A stretch of DNA of 64,000 nt from Felis catus (taxonomy: Eukaryota), in the NCBI RefSeq assembly GCF_018350175.1, contig NC_058368.1, positions 180,360,001 through 180,424,000 on the forward strand, in the 5' to 3' direction. This document shows positions 25,101 to 37,700 of the stretch, one piece after another. Within the stretch, counting starts at the first letter, position 1, and every line of letters begins with the position of its first letter. The notes below the pieces were generated by a model, which was given only the letters and a program-made list of their open reading frames with translations, did no database searches and was not told the DNA's origin. Both the position numbers and the translations under genes were made by a program.

Positions 25101-26689
25101 CTACTCCTCCTCCACTTGTCTGGTGGTGGGTCACCCCATCAGCCATCCTTTCCAGGGGAGGATAGAAACACTTCCCTGGTAGCCATTCTGAGAAAGGGCT
25201 TAAGGATAAATGGACTCTGCTGTGCTTACAAGAGGCCAGGCAGAGGCTGGTCAACGTGACCCCTCGGGCACCCTACCATGTGCAAGGGGGGTTTATTCAG
25301 GTGCTGGAGTTGGATGTCAGCTGGGTGCTAGAGAGCTCAGAAGGCTCCCGAAGGGGAGATGCAGAGAAGCGCACATCCAGGCCCCTAGGACTCCTGGCCC
25401 GCTTCCACTGGGCTGGAGGCAAGTTTACCTGCTTTATAAACTGGGCTTCTGCCTCTGATTTCACTGGAAAAGAGGAATTTCCTTGCTCATTCTCGCCCCC
25501 AAACACAAATGCACATGCACGCACACATACACAAACACACACACGTATGTGAAAATCACTACCTTTGCTTCTAAGCTCCTTAAGAGTAGGTACCTTGCTC
25601 ACTAAAGTCTGCTGCCTAAAAAAGTGAAAGTAACTAGAATAGATTTTAAAGGCACTGGGGCAGGGATTGTGACTTATTAATTTCTGAATCCTCCAAACTG
25701 CCTTGCACGGAAAATACCAAAAAAAGCCCATTTCTCAAATAAATGAATAAACGATGCCCTAAAGGACAGAATGAAAGAATGAATGAGAAGCTGAGGACTG
25801 CAGGGCCTGCCCTGAACACAGGGTTGTGTTCTGTGCATGCAGGTGTGGAGGCTGGGGAGACAGTGAAGGAAATCAAGTCTGTTATCCAGAGAACATAAAC
25901 CAGTAGCTTTTGGGTTAAACCAAGCCCACAGATGAAAGTGATTTAGCCTTCACAATATTACTGAAAGTTATTAAATTAGTTGTCAATAGTTAAAAATACA
26001 GACAATTCTTTTCTTGAAATATGGGGACCTCTGGCAGCCTAAGGCCTGAATTCCCACCAGCCAGTGGTGGGAGTTGGCACCCACGAGGGACAAGGGGGGT
26101 TCTGTGCACTCCAGTGGGACCCAATCTATCAGCAGGTGGGCCTCCAGCATTTGTATTTCCTGTTTGGCTCCTATCAGTATCTCATTCTGCACCCGCATCG
26201 AAATTAGTGTTTTTCAAAGTACAAACTGCAACCCCTTAGCATGAGGTGAAATCAATTTAGTGGGTCATGTTGTCATGTAAAGGAATGCAAGAGAGAAAAT
26301 ATCAGAGGGCTATCACACATAGTAAGAGTATACATGCTCTATTTTGTCCCTATCATGTGAGTCACTGTCACCGAGTTGGCAAATGACTACTCTACATTAC
26401 ATAGGGTTGTGTGGCTTACGTTAGTCAGAAGATAATTTCTGAAAACCTGCACCTGAGCAGACTTTTTGGTGCTGTGATTCCCTGTGTAAACTCCTAGGTA
26501 TCTGGTATTCCGGGTGGTGAATCATTTCCCCCAGTTTGCTACTTTAGCAAGTTGCAAGATTTCTACACTGAGTGTTCTTAGAGAGGCGCCCTTACGCCCC
26601 AGGTGGTCCCTCCCACCCCTCCTGCTTCCGTGGAAGATAGACCCAGGAGGGTGGGTCCCAGGCCCCTTTTGGCCCCAGCCCAGCCCCAC

Positions 26690-26932
26690 CTCTCTGTCAG
26701 CGCCTTGCTCTGGGTGTCCCGGGCTGCCTGCAGGTCCTTCTCCAGCCGCTTCCGGGCCATCTCCAGCTGCTCCACCTCCCCCTGGGTCCACTTTCGGGGG
26801 CTGATGAAGCGCATCTCCTTCAGCAGCTCCTCCTTCTCATTGATGAGGATCAGCCGGTCCCTTTCGGAGTCTAGCACTCCGGGCCAGGCCTCACTGTCAA
26901 GCTTGGCCAGCTGGATCTTCAGGTTGGCGATC
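26690..26932 (-). CDS. WWC1: WWC1 exon 9 (243 nt), coiled coil
   Basis: Encodes [83 protein letters not shown] acceptor, GTGGGG donor. Confidence 0.97.
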
Positions 26933-27715
26933 CTGTGGGCGGAGAGGGGAGCATGACAGGTGTGCCCAGCGGCACTGTGGGAGCAGGGTAACAGACTGTG
27001 TTTCCAACGTTATGAGGTACCAGGAGCCATGACATCCTCAGAGCAATCTTTGGCAATGACTGTCTTCCCTTGGACCAGCAGGCCATCTCAGGGAACATAT
27101 TTTCATCTAACAAACACAAATGGTGCCTACCGTGTGCCAACAGTGAGTAGGCTCTGCAGGGGTGGGAACGGGATGTAAACAAAGCAATGTCCTTGCCCTC
27201 AGGGATATTAAGCCTGGTAGAACAGAGAGCTGGATTCATCACCAGGCAATAGCTTCCTACCGCCAGCTATGTGACCTTGGGCAAGTCACTTCATCTCTCT
27301 GGAAGGAACAACAAAGTCTCCTTTGTCATGGGGTTGTGGTAGAAGGTTTTTAGACATATTCCATGAACTCTCAAAGCACGGTATTTGGCACATAGTAAGC
27401 ACTCAAATGAATGTTTCTGCTGCTATTGTTATTACCTGGTCTGACCACTTACTAGGTATATAACATTGGGTAAACTCCCCAAGACTTGTTCTGAAAATGA
27501 GCAATAATGTGCTCAGAGTGTCTGGCACATAACTTGTGCCCAACCAATGGCAGTCATGGACCCACTACAATGACAGACAGCAAACCCTGAAATTGGTAAC
27601 TGTATGTTCCTAGCCCAAAGAATGGTGTCAGCACAGTGTGGTATAACCAACTGTGGATTTGGGGTCAGAGGCCTTCAGCCAAAGTCTTGGCTTTGGCCTT
27701 GACAGAAGGACCATT

Positions 27716-27748
27716 CTTTTTTTTTTTTTTTTAATGTTTATTTTTATT

Positions 27749-27785
<37 letters not shown>

Positions 27786-27956
27786 AAGCATGAGCAGGGG
27801 AGGGGAAGAGACAGAGAGGGACATATGGAATCAGAAGCAGGCTCCAGACTCTGAGCTGTAGCATAGAGCCAGATGTAGGGTTCGAACTCACAAATCATGA
27901 GATCATGACCTGAGCTGAAGTTGGACGCTTAACCAACTGGACCACCCAGGTGCCCC
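27716..27956 (-). mobile_element. Felid CAN-SINE
   Basis: T-tail, long (GA)n stretch and caggtgcccc end. Confidence 0.9.
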
Positions 27957-29229
27957 TATAAAAAGACCGTTCTTAAGAAATCATTTTGGTATCATAAGCT
28001 TCTAGTACACTGCCTGGTACACTGTAGGCACTTATTAAATGTTAAAAGGAAGGAGGTGGGAGCTCAATCCCTTAACTTTTTTGAGATGCAGTACCCTCAC
28101 CTGTGAGGTGGAACATGCAAGGTGGGTTATGAGAACTGACTGAAAACTTATCATAAAGAGTTCTTTATACATTGCCAAGTGCCCATACAGATTAGGTATA
28201 ATTACCTTTGGATCCAAGAAAGATTCACAATATAACTAAGATTATTGCTACAAATATCCAAAGAAATCATGATGTGACCCTTTAGGATTCAGCCTTTGCA
28301 AAAAGGGCTTTCAGCTATCACATCCTAGCCTCACCTGATCCATAAAGGGTGGTAAGAAATGGCAGTGAATCTGTTGGACAGATGTCTAGAAATAGGATAT
28401 GGTTCACCTAAGACTGCAAGTCATAAACGTGGTGAATACATGTTGAGAGCCCAGGTCTCTGGACTCCCAGCTCAATCTTATCTGCAGATATGTGGCCCAA
28501 CTGTTATTTTATAAAAACATCATTAGGGTCAAAATCTCCACACTGTGCAGTAAAAATCCCATGCAGACAAACACATCTAGGTTTGCTCATTGCCCAGCCA
28601 AATGTATCAGAGGGATTCTTAGAGTTGATTAATTTAAATTCCGCATTCACAAAGAGAGTAATCTGGGATAACTTGGTAGCTTCCACCACTCTGAGGATGG
28701 AGTGGAGTGGACAGGTCTGGCGGGGGCTCCATTGCACACAGTACACTGAAGGCTTGATCGATGCTTACATGTACTTTCTAGTGGTGCTTTCCCAGTGTTC
28801 CTTAACCTTCAGGCCACCTTTGGTGAAGCTGATGAAACTACTAGACTCACTCTGCAGAAATGCACATGTGACAAAACGTGGCACACAGACCTTTCATTAC
28901 AGCTACCTGCCCTCCTACCTGGAGTCCTGCAGCCTGCTTTCCATTCAGTGGCTGCTCTATCCTTGACACTTAAATACCTCTGGGTGAAGAGTGAGGCTCA
29001 AAGCTGGATTATGGCAGATGAGCCAGGAAGCTTTGTGATGGGAAGTTTAATGGTTCAACCCCAGAGGGAAGATTTCAATTCTTCAGTCTCTCCAGAATGG
29101 ATCTTCTAATATAGGCATCATTGCAGACTGGAATATATCCAGGGTTCAGAGTGGTCCCCCTTCAGAGGGGACACGTGGCTGTCCAAATGCAGAAGTCTTG
29201 TTGTTTTGCTGGGCCTCTAGGGGGAGCTG

Positions 29230-29790
29230 AAATAATGCACAGTGTTTTTTTTCTACTGGACCAGTATCCAATTTCTCCTCCTTCTGTTAACAACACTCCC
29301 AAGTTTTCTTTGGGATATCACTCCTCCAATACTTAAGTCTTTTGGTTCCCACAAAGCTGACCTCAATCCCCTTCCCAGAGTTGGGCACATGACCCATGCC
29401 TGGACCTTCAGAGAATTCTAATTCCTCCAACGCTGCAACAATAATTGGATCACTAGGAAAAGCCAGGGAGCCTCAAGCCTTAAACCTGTTAAATCTGTTG
29501 GGATAGGTAGGTCCTCCTGCTGCTGGGGTTGCTAACCTGATAGTATATAACTCTAGAATTGCTGGGGGTCACCTTTACATTTTGAAAGGAAAGTCTGTCA
29601 ACACAAAGGCAAGCAGGGTAGAGAAAAGAAGAGAAACTGAGTTTATGTAACCTGATTTGAATCCCTGGATCCAGCTGTGTCTGAAGCTGGTTTATCCTAG
29701 GACTTTGGAATTCAATAAGCTGACAAATTCCTTTTTTTATTTCTTCTACTTTCTATAGGATTTCTGTCATTGCTGCAAAGGGTTTTGCTG
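29230..29790 (-). mobile_element. Old MLT1-type LTR
   Basis: Motifs 'gggcacatgacccatgcctgg' and 'tttgaatccctggatccagctgtgtctgaagct'. Confidence 0.6.
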
Positions 29791-30685
29791 CTCACACAGA
29801 GTTGGCAGAGGGGCAGAACTAGGCACTGCCACACCCTACGTGGCCTGGCTTAGAATGCCATGGGCCAGGCAGTGTAACCTAAGGAGGAATGGATGTGATA
29901 TTCCTAGCTTTATTCACCATTATGCTCTGTGGGTTCTTACCCAGTAAGGCTGGCCCTGTGCATAGGAAGCTCACAGACTTGGAGCCAGATTGTCCAGAGT
30001 TCAAATTCTGACTCCATCATCTTGAAAAGTCATGATCTCATATTTTACCTTTCTCTTCTCTAACATGGAAATCATATAAGATGTGCTATAAGGTTGCTTT
30101 TAAAGTTAAATGAGATGATACACATACAAATGCTTTAATACAACACCTGGCCCGTAACAGATGCTCTAAAAACATCAGGTTTGATTATTGTTTTAATTTT
30201 ATTTGTGGCAGTGGAACCCAACTGCTTAGGAGACTGTGAAGCCACAAAATATCTAGTCACTGGGATCTACACTGTTTATAAGCACAGCTTGCTCCCAGTT
30301 GGGCAGGAGACACTCAAGTGTTCAGTATCCAGAGGTTTTTCTCCTATTGCTAAAACCTCAGAAGTGCTCCTTCAAACCAGACTACTCACAGGATCACTGG
30401 AAAACCCTGATTAGAGAAACTGAGCTCAGCAAGTGGAAAGATAACTAGGCTCTGAGATTTAACAGATATGGGTGCAAAACACAGCTTCTACTTTTTATCT
30501 AGTGAAGTGTCCCTGGCTCAGTCATTTCCTGAGTTCAGAGAAGGTTAAAATATATGTGTCATAATAGTTATCTTCATAATCTTTGATTATTAAAGATGAG
30601 GTGTGTGAAAAGCCAGGCATGGGGCAGGCACTCTGCAATGGCAATTATCATTGTTGGAACCATCCCGCCCCCAGCCCCTAATTAC

Positions 30686-30759
30686 CTTCTCTTAGCTTCT
30701 TCATATCGAAGGCGCAATCTGACCTTCTCTGCCAACTGATTGTTGCTGCTTGCGCCAAA
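30686..30759 (-). CDS. WWC1: WWC1 exon 8 (74 nt)
   Basis: Encodes FGASSNNQLAEKVRLRLRYEEAKR. CAG acceptor, GTAATT donor. Read by hand; too short for the ORF track. Confidence 0.95.
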
Positions 30760-31960
30760 CTGGGGGAAAGAACAAAGTGGGGAATTATATGGCCACTGTG
30801 GCCGGTGCTGAGTTGGATTTCAAGAGCTCACGAGAGACTTGACAGCTTGCGTGGGAAGTAGCTAAGAATAGCCCCCAATTACCAAGCTGGCTGTGTGATA
30901 GCAGGGAAGCTAGTCAGGCAAAGACACTTCCTGCAGGCTGTGGGAAGACCCTCAAATTCAGACATCTATCATTTCTAGAAGAGAAGCTGAGAGCCCAGAA
31001 TATCATCTTGCAGCCCCGAATGGCTTAGAGCCCATTCCAGCCCCAGCAGCATGGAGGACAGCTGGTCAGGAGGAAACAGGGACAGCCAATATACAAGAAA
31101 GGCATCCTGGGGGTGCTGGGGAGGGGCTCAACTGAAAACCCAGGGAGGCTGCAGCCAGGACTGAAACACTGAGTGAGCGAGGAGAAGGTCCTAGAACCTT
31201 CAGGGAGGCCTACAGATGGCTTGTAGCTGGACACATGGGTGGTCTGGAGACGGAAGGGACAGCCCATGTGCCATGTCTTTCTGTCAAGAGTGGCAAGAAG
31301 CTACAAGGTTCACCCAAGCAGATATGGATATAGCTTCTCTTCACAAGTGGGGACACAGCTATATGAAGAATCAGATAGGAATAGCATTTAGCCATGGAGG
31401 CTGGGAGGCGACTTTGCTCAGTGTCACCTGCTCTAGGAAAACAAAAGTTCTCCAAACATTCCAGATGGCTATGGGTCAGTCCTGCTCTAAAGCTTTCATG
31501 AAATAAATCTGGATGGTGCTCACACTATTCACTACGGTGCCCAGACTGAGCTTTTGAAGAGAGCTGTCTGAAAGCTGCATGTATTGTTTCAGGATGAACA
31601 GAAGGAAAGTATCATCTGCTTCACAGCTGGTGAAAGAAAAACAGAATGGTGTTGCAAATCTGTAGGAAGGAAACCAGAGAGAGCCACTGGTCCTTCACAC
31701 ATGCTTTCTGTGCAGCATCTAGAGATGCAAATGCATGGCTAGGCAACACTCAAGACCAAGGCTTTCCCCCCACAGCGCCGGCTTTCCCCCCACACCATCA
31801 TCTCATGTCATCCTGGGGCCAAGAGGTCTGCAAGAGAATGGAGGTCCAGGAGGCCACGTTAGCAGGCAGGCCCACAGAGAGATACCAGTCACCTCCCAAG
31901 GTGAGAAACGAGAAGGCGGCTGCCCACTACGGCAGCCTCCTGGGTACAACTTCTACTCAC

Positions 31961-32107
31961 ACTTCCCGAGATGTCTGTCTGGGAGCTCACGTCCAGGTAC
32001 TGTTTCGGCAGTGAGAAACCTGAACTTTCCAGAGAGCTGCTGCTGGACCACAGGTCAGAGTGGGACCCTCTGTCGATGAGGAAGCCGTCCTTCAGCATGG
32101 CGAGGCT
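31961..32107 (-). CDS. WWC1: WWC1 exon 7 (147 nt)
   Basis: Encodes [52 protein letters not shown] acceptor, GTGAGT donor. Confidence 0.96.
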
Positions 32108-33470
32108 CTAAGGAGGGGAGGGCAAGGTTAGCAACACAACTTTCTGGGAGGGAGCTCTGGTTTGTCACCCTCCATGTGCTCTCCTCTCCACTTCTGTAAT
32201 GTGGTAGGAATCCTAGCTCACTCTGGATATTCCACTTACCTTGTAAAGAGCTGGCAGCAAGTAGGTGGTTGCTCAGTGCCGGGTACTGTGCTGGGTGTTC
32301 TACTCGGGAAAGACTGGCATGGACACTGGCTCTAGAGCTACACTGCCTGACTTGGAATCCTTGCTCTGCTACTTGCTAGCTGTGTGACCTGAGCTAGTTG
32401 ATTAAGCTCTCTGTGCCTCAGTTCCCTCTCCTAAACAAATAGGGATAACCACAGGGCCTGTCTCATAGGACTACCATACTGATTTAATGAGATGGCCAGT
32501 ATAACGTGCTAGTACAGCCAACGCTCAGTAATTGTCAGCTTTATCATCATCTTACTTAATTCTCACATCAGTCCTCTGAAAAATGACCTAGGATTATCCC
32601 CATTTCTTTGCTAAGGGAGTTGTTACATGCAAAGGCTGGCAAATGACAGAGCAGGATGTGGTCCTGGCCTGACTGAAGATGCAGTGCTCTTAAGTGAGAG
32701 TCATGATAGGAACATGGCTCACAACTGTCCACGAGCGCCTGAACGTTTTCATCAGGTTGCTGCCCTGGGCAAGAGCTTCAAAATCATTCTGTTTGTCCTA
32801 GAGCATAAAGCTCCCTTCACTAAATCAGTTATAGCAACCCCGAGCCTGAGTCCTAATCTGCCAGTGGGAACACAAACAAACACAGTATCTCAGAGGTCAG
32901 GGTCATTCCGGTGAGGGGAGGTAGAGTGTCTAAGGGTTAAAAGAATAGACATCTGTGTCAGTGTTTATGGGTTCGAATCCTCGCTCCACCATGGACTCTG
33001 CGCTGTGTAGCAGTTATCTGTATGAAGGGAATAACCTAGGGCTGATGTAAGAGATAAGTGAGATACGATGCATGCAAAGTGTCCAGTTCAGTTGCCTGGC
33101 GTGTTAAATCACAACGATTATCATTTGTCTGGTCCTCAGCGGAGGAAGAGCATGCAATGTAATTCTTATAAAGATGTTACATTTCGGTGTCAGGGCTGTG
33201 GATGTCAAAACCATCTCCCTCCGTTTGGTTCTTTGAAAAGTAAGCCAGGTGGCCAGAGCCAGTGACAAGGACATGACCTTTGGACTCGACCAGATGGCTC
33301 CTAGTACAACTCTGCCAGTGATGTGACTTTAGGCAAGCCACCTATCGCTTCTGATTCTCCTTTTCCTACTCCACACAGTGAGACTGAAAGCCCAAAAAAC
33401 TAGTGATGAGAGCTCAGTGATCTGTGCAGCATGTGGAAGTAGTGTGAGTCTTGGCACAGAAAAGTGCTCC

Positions 33471-33905
33471 GGGCACACGTGGGCAGCTCTGTCAGTTAAG
33501 CATCCAACTTCGGCTCAGGTCATGATCTCATGGTTTGTGGGTTCAAGTCCCATGTCGGGCTCTGTGCTGACAGTGCAGAGCCGGCTTAGGATTCTCTCTT
33601 TCTGCCCCTCCCCGATTTGTGCTTCTCTCTCAAAATAAATAAACTTTAAAAAAAAAAAAAGAGGGGGCGCCTGGGTGGTGCAGTCGGTTAAGCGTCCGAC
33701 TTCAGCCAGGTCACGATCTCGCAGTCCGTGAGTTCGAGCCCCACGTCGGGCTCTGGGCTGATGGCTCAGAGCCTGGAGCCTGTTTCCGATTCTGTGTCTC
33801 CCTCTCTCTCTGCCCCTCCCCCGTTCATGCTCTGTCTCTCTCTGTCCCAAAAACAAATAAACGTTGAAAAAAAAAATTAAAAAAAAAAAAAAGAAAGAAA
33901 AAGAA
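33471..33905 (+). mobile_element. Tandem CAN-SINE pair: a younger copy (from 33664) inserted in the A-tail of an older copy
   Basis: Two complete head-body-tail units enclosed by one TSD, agaaa(a/g)gtgctccg (33458-33471 and 33906-33919). Confidence 0.9.
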
Positions 33906-33962
33906 AGAAAGGTGCTCCGAAGAAATTGAGAGATGGGACCCACATCACTGGAGCTCTCGTAC

Positions 33963-34092
33963 CTTAATGAGATCTTGCTTTTCTTTTTCTCCACAAGTGA
34001 TGGCCTTTTTGATGGCTTTTGTTTCTCTCAACACAGCCTGAGCTTCATCCAGTTTGTAGCTGCCCTGAGCATCAGACATTTTCTTATCGATT
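33963..34092 (-). CDS. WWC1: WWC1 exon 6 (130 nt)
   Basis: Encodes (K)[46 protein letters not shown] acceptor, GTACGA donor. Confidence 0.96.
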
Positions 34093-34528
34093 CTAGGAAA
34101 CAGTCAATGGGAAAGGTCAGAAAAAGATAGGGTGAGGGATGAAGTCTCCCCAGGGGATAAGACGACAGGCTTCGGTCCTGCAGCAAGGCTCCTCTCTGTC
34201 CTGCACACCCTCCCTTCCCCAGGTCTAGCTGCCTGTGAAATGTCCCACAGGGTGGGGCTGCAGAAGCAACACCACTCTTTAAGTCAAGGGTCCTCTAAGC
34301 ATCAGCTCTTACAGGAAGTATTCCCTGATTACCTCCCTGCTTCCTCCAGGCTAGGCTAGGTGTTCCCATCACACTGCACATAGCTGGACACTGCAATCAT
34401 TATGTTGTGTTCTAGTTAGCAGGGCATGTGGTAGTATCCTTGACTTGTTACTAACAGGCTTGGGACAGGGGCAGGATTGAAAATGTTTAAGTAGTTTCGG
34501 TATCTGGCACAGGACAGTCCTTTAACTC

Positions 34529-34750
34529 AAGGTCTCTCAACCTCAGCATCTTGACATTTGGGTAGGATGATTCTTTGTTGTGGGGGGCTGTCCTGCACAT
34601 TGTCGGGTATTTAGTAGCACCCTTGGCCTCTGCCCACTAGGTGCCAGTAGCATCTTGGCCCCAAGCTGTGACAACCAAAAATGCCTCCATACTTTGCCTG
34701 GTGTCCCTTTGGGAAGAAGAGCAAGATCTCCCTCAATTGAGACCCACTGC
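34529..34750 (+). mobile_element. MER20 hAT-Charlie element
   Basis: Motifs 'tctcaacctcagca..ttgacatttgg..ggatgattctttgttgtggggggctgtcctg' and 'tgtgacaaccaaaaatg', ending in 'ttgagacccactg'. Confidence 0.8.
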
Positions 34751-37700
34751 CTTTACTAAGTATTTGCTGAGTAAACACACAAGGAAGGAAAGGTGTGAAT
34801 GATGGAAAACTCTCAGCCCTGCTACTTAGTAGTGTGACCTTGGGCATGGCACTTAACAAGAGGCTTAGCTTCCTCCTCTAAAATAACCTGGGTAATGTCA
34901 CCTGCCCAGCCTATGTTCATGAAGCTGTTAGGAATGTCAAATGGGATAAGTAAAGGATGGATAATCAAGTGCACTGGGAGGTACGGGATAAAATCAGCTT
35001 ATCTAGGCCCCATATACAGGTTCATTTTGGAGGGTGGAGGGGGAGTTTAAAAAAAAAAAAGAAAAAAGTTAAGGACCACAATGCCACTTTCTGAAGGTCA
35101 GACCAAACCAGAGATGGTGGAGGTCCCCACCCTCTGGGGAAGGAGGCTGGGGTATGGAGAACCTTCAGAAGGCAGAGATAAATTTTAACTGCTTCACACT
35201 TTCCCCAAAGGCTAGGCCTGAAGTTTTAGTCCCCAGTGGAGAAAAGAAAGTTTTACCGTCTGAGGGAACACCACAAACCCATTATTTCAGGATGAGAAAC
35301 CGCTCACAGGCATTCCTCTCTGGTTTCCTGCTAGAAGCCAAACTGTCCTGGGCTAAAAATAACCTGAGTGGGGAATCACTGATGGGGGGAGCAGGTTTTC
35401 ATCCTGGTCTGTCTGTGCCTCCGAACAGGAGAGAGGGAGAGGACTCGGGAGAGAACTCCGGTCTCAGCACGGCCCTCCCCCTTCCCTTCCCTTCCGTTAT
35501 TTCAGCCTCCGTGGAGAGAAAACAAAGCCCCATTTATGTCTCCCCACTAAAAATAGCCTGTCTATTCCTTTCGAGGACTTGGGCCTGAGCAAGCCTGCCA
35601 GGTTGGCTAACACTGGTCTCAAATTTAGTTTGAAAAATTAGTCTAAATGGAGCTTTCTGCAGCAGAGGCGTGCCCGAGATGCTCTGTGGAGGGGAGGATC
35701 CCCCAGGACGGGAGGTGGCCCGGCCCCAAATGGAGGGGAGGAGGGCAGGGAAGATGCCATTTGCTTGAGTCGGGCTGGGGGCTCTGGGGAGGGGGCTGTG
35801 CCCAGCTGTCCTCTGCCAACAGGGTGAGGATGGCTTTGAATCCTCAGCAGGATAAGACAGAAGCGGTTTGTCTGCTGTGCCTTGGGCTCCTCAGACAGCC
35901 TCTACCTGATTTCCCTCAGGGGCCTTAGCAACCCAGGCTCTGGAATTTGGCTCCAGAGAGTAGCTCCAAGAGGGAACACTCTTGGGATTGAGGTTGGGGG
36001 GAGGGGAACAAAGGGTCACCATTATGTGCTCAGTGAATGAATCTCTCTCTCTCTCTCTTTTTTTTTTTTTTAAGGGAAAGAAAAGTTATGTGGTTGTAGG
36101 GGAGAGGAGGGTGTAGTGGGCTGCATGTGTTCTAGAATTTCCAAATTATGCGGCTGTCTGGAGATTCACACACCCGGGAGCCGCAGGACAGCCACGCAGA
36201 AGCAGGGCAAAGGCTCTGACAGCAGGCAGCTCTTCTTGGCAATTCTTACCTGGGCAGGATGGCTTTGGGGGATGTGCCTTGAGATGCCGCACTGCTCCCC
36301 ACCCACAGGGGTGACATGCCACATCGCATCTCCTTCCTGTTTACAAGGGCTCAGGGCAGCTGACAGGCCCAAGTCCTTTTGATTTTTCTTCTCAGGCTCC
36401 TAAGAGGCATCCTTCAATCCTCATCAACATTTCCTTTTTTTAAAAAAACTGGGGCTGCTGACTGTGAACTGGACAAATGGAAGAGTTTCACCTTCCCCCA
36501 TGCTCTGCAAAGGGAGGAGGCTGAGATAGAAGTGACTAGATCACCTCCCACCACTAGCTTCTGAAAAAGATCCCAAGGGACAAAGAAAGAGGCCTCATGT
36601 TTTCTGGGTATGATGAGGGGGTTATCCAGGATGAGGCCAGGAAGGAAGGTATTAACACATGAGCTTCTAAATCCAATAGTCCTGGGTTCAAATTCCAGCT
36701 TTGATGCTTACCAACGGGGTGGGGGTGGGGGGGCTGGGGTATATTTTCACCCTCATCAGTGCCCTCATCTATAAAGTGGGGCAGAACAAAAACTTCTCTT
36801 AAAGGGGCAAAGACAATGAAACGAGGTGACTGATGCACAGTCATTGCCCAGCACAGACCCTAGTCCGGGGTAAATACAGAGTTCATCTGAGTTCCTCCCC
36901 ATATCCAAGCAGGCACCCAGCTAGAGGTCACCCCCAACACCCCTTACTGACCCTCACACTCACTGCCAGGCACTGTCACATGCTTTAGTTTCATCTTTAC
37001 AGTGACTGATTTTTCAGATAAACCAAAGCTCAAGGGGATTATGTCATTTTTGTAAGGTCCCAGGGAACTGGGATTTGAACCCAGGCCATCTGCCTCTTGC
37101 AGCTACATTCCTAACCCTCTATGCCAAGGTGTGTATTAAAGCAGATGTCTTCCTCCACACTGAATGTGGAGCCAGCTTTGAGCGTGGGCAGTCAGAACTA
37201 CCAGGAGTCTTATCTGGGCCTGATATCAAACATCAGTTGGGCGGAGGGAGGAGAGAAAGAAGGCTTGTCTTTGGGGTTTCAGCATCAGCTTACCAAAGAA
37301 CAAGAATTTTCAATGCTGCTACAGGGTGACAAAGTGGTAAAACAGGTTTGTGGTGGCTCAGAGAATAATGGGAAATGTTCTAACCAGAAGCTCCTGAGGA
37401 CTGCAGGAAGGGGGAGGAGGGAAAGGCCCCTGCGGTAAGATGACGTGGGAGTGAGTAGTCTTTCAACTATGTGTTCAGAATTTGGAGGGCTCATGAGGTT
37501 ATTTGCTTTATAGGTCACGAGAAGGAATTTTCTAAGCTCATATTACTGCTCTCAACTGTCACTGGCATATGTACATATACATATATTAATAACATATGTA
37601 CCTATATAAGCACACATATATAAACCATAATTTATAATAACTTGGAATACCAAAAGAACCCTATTATACACAATCTATAATACAAAGCCATACTTTCTTA

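Noticed and set aside
33515..33994. 159-aa ORF and similar recurring peptides (MAQSVKHPTSAQV..., FNVYLFLRQRETEHE...)
   Set aside because: These are translations of CAN-SINE copies, recurring across the window.
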